A stretch of DNA of 64,000 nt from an uncultured Actinomycetota bacterium (GCA_963718235.1 CAVQYR010000001.1:1664001-1728000), one strand, 5' to 3'; shown: positions 40,247-49,620, counted from the first letter of the stretch. A program made the numbers and translations. The notes: generated by a model not told the origin, from the letters alone.

Positions 40247-41215
40247 ATGTCCGTCGCCGAGTCCGGGTCGCTCGTTCGCACCGCCGTGACCTACCTGGAC
40301 CACCTCAGCGTCGAGCGGGGGCTGGCGGCCAACACGCTGGTCTCCTACCGGCGCGACCTCGACCGCTACCTCGCCTTCAGCGCTTACCACGGGGTCGTCC
40401 GGCTCAGCGACGTGACCCCACAGCACGTCACCGCCTTCGTGGCCTCGCTGCGTGAAGGCGACGCGGACACCCCAGCCATGAAGGCATCGTCGGCGGCCCG
40501 GACCTTGGCCGCGGTGCGGGGCCTGCACCTGTTCGCCGTGCGCGAGGGGCTCAGCGACTCCGACCCTGCCCACGAGGTGCGGCCCCCTCAGCCACCCAAG
40601 CGCCTGCCTCGGGCGATCTCGGTGAGCGACGTCGAGCGTCTGCTGGCCGCGACGGGTGAGGCGACCACAGCCCGCGAGCTGCGGGACCGCGCCCTGCTCG
40701 AGCTGTTGTACGGCACCGGGGCCAGGATCTCCGAGGCAGTGGGCCTGGACGTCGACGAGGTCGACCTGGCCGGGCGCACGGTCCGGGTCCTCGGCAAGGG
40801 GAGCAAGGAGCGAGTCGTCCCCCTCGGACGGTACGCGGCCGACGCCGTCGATGCCTACCTCGTGCGGGGGCGCGGTGACTTGGTCGGGCCACGGTCCGGG
40901 GCGGCGGTGTTCCTGAACTCCCGGGGTGGCCGACTCACCCGGCAGAGCGCCTGGGCGGTCCTGCAGCAGGCAGCTGACCGGGCCGGTCTGACCGTCGCGG
41001 TCTCCCCGCACACCCTGCGGCACAGCTTCGCCACCCACCTGCTGGACGGCGGCGCCGACGTGCGGGTGGTCCAAGAGCTGCTCGGCCACGCCTCGGTCAC
41101 CACGACCCAGGCATACACCCTGGTGACGGTGGACCGGCTCCGGGAGGTCTACGCCACTGCTCATCCACGCGCACGCGAGGGTGCGCCCTTGCCCAACAGC
41201 CGGTCCAGCGCCTAG
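40247..41215 (+). CDS. xerD: Site-specific tyrosine recombinase XerD
   Basis: [46 protein letters not shown]. Canonical synteny. Confidence 0.93.
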   Translation: MSVAESGSLVRTAVTYLDHLSVERGLAANTLVSYRRDLDRYLAFSAYHGVVRLSDVTPQHVTAFVASLREGDADTPAMKASSAARTLAAVRGLHLFAVREGLSDSDPAHEVRPPQPPKRLPRAISVSDVERLLAATGEATTARELRDRALLELLYGTGARISEAVGLDVDEVDLAGRTVRVLGKGSKERVVPLGRYAADAVDAYLVRGRGDLVGPRSGAAVFLNSRGGRLTRQSAWAVLQQAADRAGLTVAVSPHTLRHSFATHLLDGGADVRVVQELLGHASVTTTQAYTLVTVDRLREVYATAHPRAREGAPLPNSRSSA

Positions 41216-41282
41216 AGTCGCCACTCGCACGAAAGACGACAGGTCTCCTGAGAGGTTCGGCGATTGAGCGACATGTCGACAA
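41189..41282 (+). promoter_or_regulatory. parA promoter with three in-phase 8-bp units over the start region (candidate operator)
   Basis: TTGCCC-N18-TAGAGT (41189-41218). GGCGATTG AGCGACAT GTCGACAA at 41259-41282. Confidence 0.55.
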
Positions 41283-42190
41283 ATAAGTCCCACGCAGAGG
41301 CCGCGACCGTCCCGCCGGTGAGCGGCGACGGGCTCGAGCTGGACGAGATCCTCGGCCCGACCCAGCGACCGGTGGTCGAGTTCCCCGAGCCGGGACCGGT
41401 GCTCGAGCACGGCCCGGCCCGGGTCATCGCCATGTGCAACCAGAAGGGTGGGGTCGGCAAGACCACCACCACGATCAACCTGGGGGCGGCGCTCGCCGAG
41501 GCCGGCCGGCGGGTGCTGCTGGTCGACTTCGACCCCCAGGGGGCCCTGTCGGTCGGGTTGGGCGTGAACCCCCACGAGCTCGACCGCACCGTCTACAACC
41601 TGCTGATGGACCGCGGCGTGCACGCCGAGGACGTCCTGCTCAAGACCAATGTCGTCGGGCTGGACCTGCTGCCGAGCAACATCGACCTGTCGGCGGCCGA
41701 GGTCCAGCTGGTGGGGGAGGTCGCCCGGGAGCAGACCCTGGTCCGGGTGCTGGCCCCGGTGCTTCCCGACTACGACTTCGTACTGATCGACTGCCAGCCG
41801 TCGCTGGGTCTGCTGACCGTCAACGCGCTGACCGCTGCCCATGCCGTGCTGATCCCGCTGGAGTGCGAATTCTTCGCTCTCCGAGGGGTGGCACTGCTGA
41901 TGGACACTATCTACAAAGTCCAGGAACGGCTTAACCCTCAACTAGAACTTGAGGGAATACTAGCCACAATGTATGACAGTCGTACCGTTCACGGCCGGGA
42001 GGTGCTCGCACGGTTGGTGGAGGCGTTCGGGGACAAGGTCTTCCACACCGTGATCGCCCGGACGGTCCGCTTCCCCGAGACGACGGTCGTGGGCGAGCCG
42101 ATCATCTCCTACGCCACCAAGTCGACCGGGGCCGTGGCCTACCGGGCCCTGGCCCGTGAGCTGCTGGCCCGAGAGGTCGTTGCCCCGTGA
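41264..42190 (+). CDS. ParA/Soj family ATPase (Rv1708/PldP-like)
   Basis: Motifs NQKGGVGKTT, DFDPQG, IDCQPSLG, TMYDSRT. The start may be the ATG at 41273. Confidence 0.95.
   Translation: MSDMSTNKSHAEAATVPPVSGDGLELDEILGPTQRPVVEFPEPGPVLEHGPARVIAMCNQKGGVGKTTTTINLGAALAEAGRRVLLVDFDPQGALSVGLGVNPHELDRTVYNLLMDRGVHAEDVLLKTNVVGLDLLPSNIDLSAAEVQLVGEVAREQTLVRVLAPVLPDYDFVLIDCQPSLGLLTVNALTAAHAVLIPLECEFFALRGVALLMDTIYKVQERLNPQLELEGILATMYDSRTVHGREVLARLVEAFGDKVFHTVIARTVRFPETTVVGEPIISYATKSTGAVAYRALARELLAREVVAP
41933..41957. promoter_or_regulatory. 25-bp palindrome, copy 1 (inside parA)
   Basis: AACCCTCAA-CTAGAAC-TTGAGGGAA. Confidence 0.65.
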
Positions 42191-42612
42191 GCCGTCGCGC
42201 CGCCCTGCCCGGGGCCAACGAGCTGTTCCGGACCACGTCGTCCACGCTGGAGGCCGCTGCTGAGCCGGCCCCCGGAGACGTCGAGGCGGCCGACGTAGCC
42301 GGGGGAGAGGGGTCGGACCGCGCAGGGGGGTCAGGCTCGGGCGGCAGCGAGCCGACCAAGCCCCGGCTGCGTCGCGTGCGGTCGAGCACACTGGAGCCCT
42401 CGGGGCGCGAGCGGCACGACGAAAAGATCACCGTGTACGTGTCCTCCGACGAGCTGATGGCCCTGGAGGACGCGAGGGTCGCGTTGTACCGCGACCACGG
42501 CGTCAAGATCGACCGCGGGCGGATCGTCCGGGAGGCGATTGCGCTGGTCATGTCCGACCTGCAGACCAAGGGGACCTCGAGCATCCTGGTGCGGCGGCTC
42601 ACCGACCGTTAG
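42187..42612 (+). CDS. Small ParA-partner protein with a predicted C-terminal ribbon-helix-helix domain
   Basis: Basic N-terminal peptide MSRRAALPGANELF, disordered linker, beta strand EKITVYVS, helix SDELMALEDAR, helix DRGRIVREAI. GTGA overlap with parA. The fold is inferred. Confidence 0.8.
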   Translation: MSRRAALPGANELFRTTSSTLEAAAEPAPGDVEAADVAGGEGSDRAGGSGSGGSEPTKPRLRRVRSSTLEPSGRERHDEKITVYVSSDELMALEDARVALYRDHGVKIDRGRIVREAIALVMSDLQTKGTSSILVRRLTDR

Positions 42613-42636
42613 GCGTGGTCGGCTACGGTTTCGCAG

Positions 42637-43671
42637 GTGACCTCGACCCCGGCTGTGGCCGGCCCGTTCGCCGCCCCGCCCGATGGGGCCGCGCGTGCTG
42701 AGCCGGGCGACCCGACTCCGGTGATCGAGCCCGGTGGCGGTGCCGCCCCGTTCTCGGTGCACCTCGAGGTCTTCGAGGGACCCTTCGACCTGCTGCTCTC
42801 GCTGATCGGCAAGCACAAGCTCGACGTCACCGAGGTGGCGCTGTCCCAGGTCACTGACGAGTTCATCGCCCACATCCGCGGGATGGGCGACGACTGGGAC
42901 CTCGAGCAGACCACCCACTTCCTCGTCGTGGCGGCCACCCTGCTCGACCTGAAGGCAGCCAGGCTGCTCCCCTCCGGAGACGTCGAGGACGAGGACGACC
43001 TGGCCCTGCTCGAGGCCCGGGACCTCTTGTTCGCCAGGCTCCTGCAGTACCGCGCGTACAAGGAGGTGGCGGCCCTGCTCGCCGAGCAGATGGCTGAGGC
43101 CGCTCGGCGGTTCCCGCGCTCGGTGGCGATCGAGCCGCAGTTCGCCAACCTGCTGCCGGAAGTGCTGATCGGGCTGGGCGCCGACGCGTTCGCCGAGCTG
43201 GCCGCTAAGGCGCTGACCCCACGGCCGGTGCCGGTCGTCAGCATCGACCACGTCCACGCGCCCAGGGTCAGTGTGCGCGACCAGGCAGCGCTGCTTGTGG
43301 ATCGCTTGCGGCGCACCCGCACGGTGACCTTCCGCAGCCTGGCCGCCGATGCTGAGGACACCGTCACAGTGGTGGCTCGCTTCCTCGCCCTGCTGGAGCT
43401 GTTCCGTGAAGGAGCGGTGGCCTTCGACCAGCTCACACCCCTGGGTGAGCTCACCATCCGGTGGACCGGCACCGAGGAGGGTGAGCTGGACGTGCACGAC
43501 GAGTTCGACGAGGACGACTCGGACGATGACAGCACTGTGGACGTCAGTGAGGTGACCACCGTCCCGATCGGTCACTCGACCAGCGACACGACCAGCGACG
43601 TGACGAACGACGTGACCAGCGAGAAGGACGACGCCACGGCGTCGCCCGTCAAGGGGGAGGGGTCGACCTGA
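42637..43671 (+). CDS. scpA: Segregation and condensation protein A
   Basis: Motifs FEGPFDLLL, ATLLDLKAARLLP, RFLALLEL. Confidence 0.94.
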   Translation: MTSTPAVAGPFAAPPDGAARAEPGDPTPVIEPGGGAAPFSVHLEVFEGPFDLLLSLIGKHKLDVTEVALSQVTDEFIAHIRGMGDDWDLEQTTHFLVVAATLLDLKAARLLPSGDVEDEDDLALLEARDLLFARLLQYRAYKEVAALLAEQMAEAARRFPRSVAIEPQFANLLPEVLIGLGADAFAELAAKALTPRPVPVVSIDHVHAPRVSVRDQAALLVDRLRRTRTVTFRSLAADAEDTVTVVARFLALLELFREGAVAFDQLTPLGELTIRWTGTEEGELDVHDEFDEDDSDDDSTVDVSEVTTVPIGHSTSDTTSDVTNDVTSEKDDATASPVKGEGST

Positions 43672-44345
43672 TGAACGCCGATCCAGTCGGTACCGCGGAC
43701 GTCGAGCTGGAGGTTCAGCATGCGCCGTCCCTCGACGAGGGGGCCGACGAGAGGTCCGATGCAGCGCTGAGCCCCGAGCCTCCGGATTCGGCTGAGGACG
43801 TGCTCAGTGACCTGAACCTGGGGCCGGCCCTGGAGGCGGTCCTGATGATCGTCGACGAGCCGGTGTCCGCCCTCGACCTGGCCCAGGCGCTGCGGCGGCC
43901 CACCGACGACGTCGTTGCCGAGCTGAGGGCCCTGTCCGACGGTTACCGCACAGCCGGCCGTGGTTTCGAGCTTCGTGAGGTGGCCGGCGGGTGGCGGTAC
44001 TACAGCGCGGCACCGTACGCGGCGGTGGTCGAGCAGTTCGTGGTCGAGGGGCAGCAGGCCCGGTTGACCCAGGCGGCGTTGGAGACGCTGGCTGTGGTGG
44101 CCTACCGTCAGCCGGTCAGCCGGGCCCGGATCTCCGGGGTGCGCGGCGTCAACGTCGACAGCGTGATCCGGACCCTGACCAACCGGGGGCTGATCGAGGA
44201 GGCCGGGACTGACGCTGAGCACGGAGCGATCCTCTACCGCACGACCGCGTACTTCTTGGAGCGGCTGGGCCTGACGAGCGTGGAGGATCTGCCGCCACTG
44301 GCTCCTCATCTTCCCGACCTCGAGGCGCTAGATGTCGAACTATGA
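43671..44345 (+). CDS. scpB: Segregation and condensation protein B
   Basis: Motifs LTQAALETLAVVAYRQP, RGVN, Y.TT..FL...GL, LPPL. Confidence 0.95.
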   Translation: MNADPVGTADVELEVQHAPSLDEGADERSDAALSPEPPDSAEDVLSDLNLGPALEAVLMIVDEPVSALDLAQALRRPTDDVVAELRALSDGYRTAGRGFELREVAGGWRYYSAAPYAAVVEQFVVEGQQARLTQAALETLAVVAYRQPVSRARISGVRGVNVDSVIRTLTNRGLIEEAGTDAEHGAILYRTTAYFLERLGLTSVEDLPPLAPHLPDLEALDVEL

Positions 44346-45097
44346 CTGAGTCTCAGCCAGACCTTGAGACGAATCAAGGCATAAGGCTCCAGAAGGTGCT
44401 CGCCCAGGCGGGGCTGGGGAGTCGTCGGGCGTGCGAGCGGCTGATCGAGCAGGGCCGGGTCGAGGTCGACGGACGGACGATCCGGGAGCAGGGGGTCCGG
44501 GTCGACCCCGCGCGAGCGCTGGTGAAGGTCGACGGCCAACGTCTGTCAGTGGCTCCTGGGCTGGTGTACCTGGCCCTGAACAAACCGGTGGGAGTCCTCT
44601 CGGCGATGAGCGCCCCGACCGGTCGGCCGTGCGTGGGGGACCTCGTGGCCGACCGCCCCGAGCGGCTGTTCCACGTCGGACGGCTCGACGCCGACACCGA
44701 AGGCCTGCTCCTGCTCACCAACGACGGTGAGCTGGCCCACCGACTGGCCCACCCGTCCTACGAGGTACCCAAGATCTACCTGGCCGAGGTCGACGGTCGA
44801 CTCGATCGCGACGCGCTGCGCCGGCTGCGCGCTGGTGTCCCCCTGGACGACGGCATGGGCAAGGTCGACGCGTTGACCGTGGTCCAACAGCTCGCCGACC
44901 GGACCCAGGTGGAGCTGACCCTCCACGAGGGTCGCAACCGGATCGTGCGCCGGTTGCTCGAGGCGGTGGGTCACCCCGTGACCCGACTGGTCCGGCTGCA
45001 GGTCGGCCCCGTGCGGCTGGCCGGGCTCAAGCCCGGACACGTGCGTGCCCTGCGCCGCGACGAGGTGGCACAGCTGTTCGCCCTCACCTCGATGTAG
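44342..45097 (+). CDS. rluB: rRNA pseudouridine synthase (RluB/RsuA family)
   Basis: Motifs RLQKVLA.AG..SRR, GRLDADTEGL, EGRNRIVRR. Confidence 0.92.
   Translation: MTESQPDLETNQGIRLQKVLAQAGLGSRRACERLIEQGRVEVDGRTIREQGVRVDPARALVKVDGQRLSVAPGLVYLALNKPVGVLSAMSAPTGRPCVGDLVADRPERLFHVGRLDADTEGLLLLTNDGELAHRLAHPSYEVPKIYLAEVDGRLDRDALRRLRAGVPLDDGMGKVDALTVVQQLADRTQVELTLHEGRNRIVRRLLEAVGHPVTRLVRLQVGPVRLAGLKPGHVRALRRDEVAQLFALTSM
44348..44372. promoter_or_regulatory. 25-bp palindrome, copy 2 (5' end of rluB)
   Basis: GAGTCTCAG-CCAGACC-TTGAGACGA. Confidence 0.5.
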
Positions 45098-45111
45098 CTG
45101 GAAGACATCAC

Positions 45112-45364
45112 ATCGACTGATCGACTTTCAGACGAGCGAACAGACGTCTAGATATCGACAAACCGACAGTCTTGCCCAGATCTTATCTCCCAACTAGTGA
45201 AGGTAATCCCAGGTCAGAGCCCCAGTATTGTCGGTTTATCGACGTGAAGAGTCCTCCGACTCAGCCATGATTCGGCACGCGGAACGGGGGTCTGCGAAGA
45301 ATCGACAGATCGGCTTCGAGACACATCGGCACGTCGGCTTCGAGACTTCCCGACTCATCGCTAG
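45112..45364. repeat. AT-enriched intergenic array of in-phase 8-bp RTCGRC-like units
   Basis: Nine in-phase units at 45293-45364, plus clusters at 45112-45135, 45146-45169 and 45230-45245. Confidence 0.8.
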
Positions 45365-45395
45365 TGTGGCAGCTCCGATCGGAGGTGGAGGACTC

Positions 45396-45758
45396 GTGGC
45401 CCTGCGGGCGATTCGTGGCGCGACCCAGCTGAAGGCTGACGACGCAGCCGAGCTGGAGGACGCGGTCGTGGAGCTGATGCACGCGGTGCTCGACCGGAAC
45501 CAGCTGGACACCGACGCGCTGGTCAGCGTGCTGTTCACGAGCACGCCCGACCTGCGCAGCCAGTTCCCGGCTGCTGCCGCTCGCACCCTGGGGATCGGAG
45601 ACGTTCCTCTGCTGTGTGCCCAGGAGCTCGCTGTCGTGGGAGCGCTTCCGCGCGTGGTCCGGCTGATGGCGCACGTGGACACCGAACAGAGTCGCGCAGC
45701 CATCACCCACGTGTACCTCCGTGGCGCCGAGGTGCTCCGCCAGGACCTCGCCCAGTGA
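45396..45758 (+). CDS. aroH: Chorismate mutase, AroH class
   Basis: Motifs RAIRGAT, FPAAAAR, PRVVR, HVYL.GA..LR.DL. RBS GGAGG. Confidence 0.94.
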   Translation: MALRAIRGATQLKADDAAELEDAVVELMHAVLDRNQLDTDALVSVLFTSTPDLRSQFPAAAARTLGIGDVPLLCAQELAVVGALPRVVRLMAHVDTEQSRAAITHVYLRGAEVLRQDLAQ

Positions 45759-46855
45759 CCACGCCGCGCTGCCTGATCATCGGTGGGGGACTGATGGGGG
45801 CCTCGTTGGGGCTCGCCCTACGGGGTCAGGAGTGGCCGGTCTGGCTTCGGGACACCGACCAGCGGGCTGAGGCGCTGGCGGTTGACCTCGGAGCAGGGGA
45901 GCCCGGCCTGCCGCCGGAGGCACCGGGGATCGTTTTCCTGGCCGTTCCGCCCGATCAAGTGGCTTTGGTCGCAATAGAGACGCATCGCCTTTATCCCAAG
46001 TCCACGATTAGCGATTTGGGTAGCGTCAAGGCCAACCTTCAACTAGAGATTGAGAGTCAACTGTCCCTGAACGAGGTTTTTGTCGGTGGGCACCCGCTGG
46101 CGGGACGTGAACGCACGGGTCCGGCGGCTGCCCGGGCTGATCTGTTCGAGGGCCGGCCCTGGGTGCTGACGCCGGGAGCGGCGGTGGCTGCCTCGCGAGT
46201 AGCTGCGGTCGTCGCGGCGGTGACTGCCTGCGGCGCGGTTCCCGTAGTGATGGAGCCCCGGGCTCACGACGAAGCGGTCGCTCTGGTCTCGCATGCCCCT
46301 CAGGTGGCGTCCAGCGCACTGGCGGCCCGCCTGGCGGGTGCCCCGACGGAGGCGCTGGCCCTGTCCGGCCAGGGGTTGCGCGACACCGTCCGGATCGCGG
46401 CATCCGATCCCCAACTGTGGGTGGAGATCCTCCAGGCGAACGCAGGTCCGGTCGCGGAGGTGCTCCGGGGGCTCGTCGCGGACCTCCAGCACGCGGTCGA
46501 TGCGCTCGACGCCGTCAGTGAGTCGGCAGATCGACAAGATGATGAATCGATAAATGCCTCGCGTGAGGTGCTGCGTGACCTGATCGACCGCGGCAACGTC
46601 GGGTCCGCCCGCATTCCCGGAAAGCACGGCAGCCCACCGGCGGCCTACAGCCAGGTGCGGGTGGTGATCGCGGACGAACCCGGCGGCCTGGCTGCCCTCT
46701 TCCTGGCGGCGGGAGAGGCAGGGGTGAACATCGAGGACGTGCGCCTGGAGCACTCACCGGGCCAGCCCGTGGGGCTGGTGGAGCTGTCGGTGCAGCCGCA
46801 GTCCGCGAAGACCCTGGGCGAGCGGCTGAGGGCCGCTGGCTGGTCGGTGCACTGA
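45755..46855 (+). CDS. tyrA: Prephenate dehydrogenase with C-terminal ACT-like domain
   Basis: Motifs IGGGLMGAS, D.GSVK, GGHPLAG.E, HDEAVA.VSH.PQ, LRD..RIA.SDP..W. Confidence 0.92.
   Translation: MTTPRCLIIGGGLMGASLGLALRGQEWPVWLRDTDQRAEALAVDLGAGEPGLPPEAPGIVFLAVPPDQVALVAIETHRLYPKSTISDLGSVKANLQLEIESQLSLNEVFVGGHPLAGRERTGPAAARADLFEGRPWVLTPGAAVAASRVAAVVAAVTACGAVPVVMEPRAHDEAVALVSHAPQVASSALAARLAGAPTEALALSGQGLRDTVRIAASDPQLWVEILQANAGPVAEVLRGLVADLQHAVDALDAVSESADRQDDESINASREVLRDLIDRGNVGSARIPGKHGSPPAAYSQVRVVIADEPGGLAALFLAAGEAGVNIEDVRLEHSPGQPVGLVELSVQPQSAKTLGERLRAAGWSVH
46034..46058. promoter_or_regulatory. 25-bp palindrome, copy 3 (inside tyrA)
   Basis: AACCTTCAA-CTAGAGA-TTGAGAGTC. Confidence 0.6.
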
Positions 46856-46988
46856 GCCTGCCTCAGCGGGTCGGTTGAAGGGTCCGAGGAGGGGCCCGGC
46901 CTACGAACCGCCGTGGCGGAGGCTGGGGTGGGTACCCTCGGGCGACGTCCGGCGGTCGGCCGCCCGGTCATGACGAACGAGGAGCCAC

Positions 46989-47693
46989 GTGGACCGATCC
47001 ACCGCGCACGGCCGGCTCGTCGTGGCCGTGGACGGCCCGTCCGGGTCGGGCAAGTCCAGTACTGCCAGGGGCGTGGCCAATCGGCTCGGCTTCCGGTACC
47101 TGGACACGGGCGCGCTGTACCGGGCGGTCACCTGGTGGCTGCTCGAGCGCGGGGTCGACGTCCACGACCCCGCGGCGGTGGCTGCTGACCTCGAGGCGAT
47201 CGAGCTGCAGCTGTCCACTGACCCGCAGGACCCTCGGGTCTGTGTGGACGGCGCCGACGTCTCCGACGCGATCCGTGAGCGGGACGTGACCAACGCGGTC
47301 AGTGCCGTGAGCGCAGTGCCCGAGGTCCGTCAGTACCTGGTCCCGGTCCAACGCGCAGTCATTGACGTCGGGGATGTCGTGGTCGAGGGGCGTGACATCG
47401 GAACCGTGGTCGCGCCGGAGGCAGCGGTCAAGGTGTTCCTGACCGCCGACAGCGAGGCGCGCGCGCGTCGTCGTTCCGCCGAGCTCGAGCACGACGCCGA
47501 CGCCACGGTGTCGCGAACGCGTGAGGAGCTTCGACGCCGAGACCATCTGGACTCCTCGCGCGAGGTCTCACCTCTCGCCCGGGCCGACGACGCCGTCGAG
47601 CTCGACTCGACCGACCTCACCCTGGAGCAGGTCATCGATGCGATCGTCGCCCTGGTCCAGCCGCACCTGCCTCATTCGCAGGGAGACCGATGA
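46989..47693 (+). CDS. cmk: Cytidylate kinase
   Basis: Motifs [35 protein letters not shown]. Confidence 0.96.
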   Translation: MDRSTAHGRLVVAVDGPSGSGKSSTARGVANRLGFRYLDTGALYRAVTWWLLERGVDVHDPAAVAADLEAIELQLSTDPQDPRVCVDGADVSDAIRERDVTNAVSAVSAVPEVRQYLVPVQRAVIDVGDVVVEGRDIGTVVAPEAAVKVFLTADSEARARRRSAELEHDADATVSRTREELRRRDHLDSSREVSPLARADDAVELDSTDLTLEQVIDAIVALVQPHLPHSQGDR

Positions 47694-49102
47694 TGGTTGA
47701 CGACGAATCACGCAGCTCAACCCACGAGGGCGATGCCTGGGCGGATCTCGCCGATGACGTCGTGGTCGACTTCGGGGGAGCGCAACGGGCCCTTCCGGTC
47801 CTGGCCGTCGTCGGCCGGCCCAACGTCGGCAAGTCGACCCTGGTGAACCGCATCCTCGGACGGCGCGAGGCCGTCGTCGAGGACCGTCCGGGAGTGACCC
47901 GGGACCGGGTCGCCTATGACGCGACGTGGGCGGGGCGTCGCTTCACCGTCGTCGACACTGGTGGATGGGAACCGGACGCACAGGGCCTGCGGGCCAGGGT
48001 CGCAGCCCAGGCCGAGCTCGCCGTGGGTGCGGCCGATGCTGTGCTGCTCGTGGTCGACGCCACGGTCGGGGTGACCGATACCGACCAAGCCGTCGTCTCG
48101 GTACTCCGTCGTGCCGGCAAGCCGGTGATCGTCGCGGCGAACAAGGTCGACGACGCACCTGCCGAGGCAGAGGCAGCGGCGTTGTGGTCCCTGGGGCTGG
48201 GGGAGCCCCGGGCTGTCTCGGCCCTGCATGGGCGAGGGTCTGGTGACTTGCTCGACGCCATCCTGGCTGCCCTTCCCGAGCCGCCGCAAGACGTCGAGAG
48301 TGAGGAGGGTCCGCACCGGATCGCGTTGCTGGGCAAGCCGAATGTCGGCAAGTCCAGTCTGCTCAACAAGCTCGCCGGTGAGGATCGGGTGGTTGTCGAC
48401 TCGGTGGCCGGCACGACCGTCGACCCGGTCGATGAGCTGATCGAGCTCGGTGGCGAGGTGTGGCGTTTCGTCGACACTGCCGGGATCCGGCGCAGGGTCA
48501 AGGAGTCCAGCGGTCAGGAGTACTTCGCCAGCCTGCGCACGCAGTCGGCCCTGGAGAAGGCGGAGGTAGCCGTCGTCCTGCTCGATGCAAGCGAGCCGTT
48601 GACCGAGCAGGACACCCGCATCATCTCGATGGTTGTCGAGGCGGGGCGTGCCCTCGTTCTGGCGTTCAACAAGTGGGACCTCATGGACGACGAACGACGC
48701 TACTACCTCGACCGAGAGATCGAGCGCGAGCTGGCGCGGGTGTCCTGGGCTCCTCGAGTCAACGTGTCGGCGCAGACGGGGCGCCACGTGGATCGGCTCG
48801 TCCCAGCGCTGACCGATGCGCTGGAGGGCTGGGCCACCCGGGTGCCCACTGCCCGGCTGAATGCGTTCCTCGGACGTCTCGTGGCCGAGCACCCGCATCC
48901 GATCCGTGGTGGGAAGCAGCCACGCATCCTGTTCGCCACACAAGCGGGTACCCGACCCCCGACGTTCGTCCTGTTCGCCTCAGGTTTCCTGGAGCCCGGA
49001 TACCGGCGGTTCATCGAGCGTCGGCTGCGGGAGGAGTTCGGCTTCACCGGCTCACCCGTGCAGGTCAACGTTCGAGTCAGGGAGAAGCGAGGCAGGCGAT
49101 GA
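47690..49102 (+). CDS. der: Ribosome biogenesis GTPase Der
   Basis: Two G-domains (GRPNVGKS and GKPNVGKSS; DTGG and DTAG; NKVD and NKWD) plus a KH-like C-terminus. Confidence 0.97.
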   Translation: MMVDDESRSSTHEGDAWADLADDVVVDFGGAQRALPVLAVVGRPNVGKSTLVNRILGRREAVVEDRPGVTRDRVAYDATWAGRRFTVVDTGGWEPDAQGLRARVAAQAELAVGAADAVLLVVDATVGVTDTDQAVVSVLRRAGKPVIVAANKVDDAPAEAEAAALWSLGLGEPRAVSALHGRGSGDLLDAILAALPEPPQDVESEEGPHRIALLGKPNVGKSSLLNKLAGEDRVVVDSVAGTTVDPVDELIELGGEVWRFVDTAGIRRRVKESSGQEYFASLRTQSALEKAEVAVVLLDASEPLTEQDTRIISMVVEAGRALVLAFNKWDLMDDERRYYLDREIERELARVSWAPRVNVSAQTGRHVDRLVPALTDALEGWATRVPTARLNAFLGRLVAEHPHPIRGGKQPRILFATQAGTRPPTFVLFASGFLEPGYRRFIERRLREEFGFTGSPVQVNVRVREKRGRR

Positions 49103-49524
49103 CGGCGCCGGAACACTTCGTCAGTGGCGCGCTCCCGCCTGGCTCAGGAGCCTGCCGAACGATCATCGCCGCCAGACGTGCCGGCTGGGACCAGGTCGCA
49201 ATGGGTGAGTGGCAGCTTTTCGCCGAGGGATTCGGTGACTGCCACCCGCACGACGAGGTGACCTACGTGCTGGAGGGTCTCTTGGAGGTCGACTGCGGCG
49301 GGACCCGTGTCGTGGCCCGTCCCGGAGACGTCGTGCGCGTTCCGGCCGGAAGCCCTGCCTACTACTTCGCTCCTGAGTATGCCCGGATGCTCTACATCTA
49401 CGGCCCGAACCCCGAGGGGAAACCGGCGTGGACCTTCGAGGATCGGGCGACAGTCGCGCCCAAAGGACAGACGCCCGCAGGTGGCGACGGGGAGGCCGTC
49501 CCGACCGACGGTGAGTCCCGCTGA
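49099..49524 (+). CDS. Cupin domain protein (EutQ-like)
   Basis: [12 protein letters not shown] and [10 protein letters not shown] cupin motifs. ATGA overlap with der. Confidence 0.8.
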   Translation: MTAPEHFVSGALPPGSGACRTIIAARRAGWDQVAMGEWQLFAEGFGDCHPHDEVTYVLEGLLEVDCGGTRVVARPGDVVRVPAGSPAYYFAPEYARMLYIYGPNPEGKPAWTFEDRATVAPKGQTPAGGDGEAVPTDGESR

Positions 49525-49543
49525 GGTAGTCTGCTGCCCGCAC

Positions 49544-49617
<74 letters not shown>

Positions 49618-49620
49618 CGG

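Noticed and set aside
40247-41215. Tyrosine recombinase as a prophage or island integrase
   Set aside because: It sits in the canonical pyrG-nudix-ald-xerD-parA-scpAB context with no att sites or phage genes.
43579-43623. 12-bp repeats in the scpA 3' end as part of the 8-bp array system
   Set aside because: The period is 12 bp and in frame (TSDT/TSDV/TNDV), consistent with a low-complexity protein tail.
44667-44682. parS-like TGTTCCACGTCGGACG in rluB
   Set aside because: Several mismatches to GTTTCACGTGAAAC, and it is explained by the conserved LFHVGR codons.
45160-45230. dif site near xerD in the AT-rich spacer
   Set aside because: No convincing XerD arm (TTATGTCAAGT-like) or XerC arm with a 6-bp centre.
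45098-45395. CRISPR array, or N-terminal extension of AroH (ORF from 45228)
   Set aside because: There are no constant repeats with unique spacers and no cas genes. AroH homology and a good RBS begin at GTG 45396.
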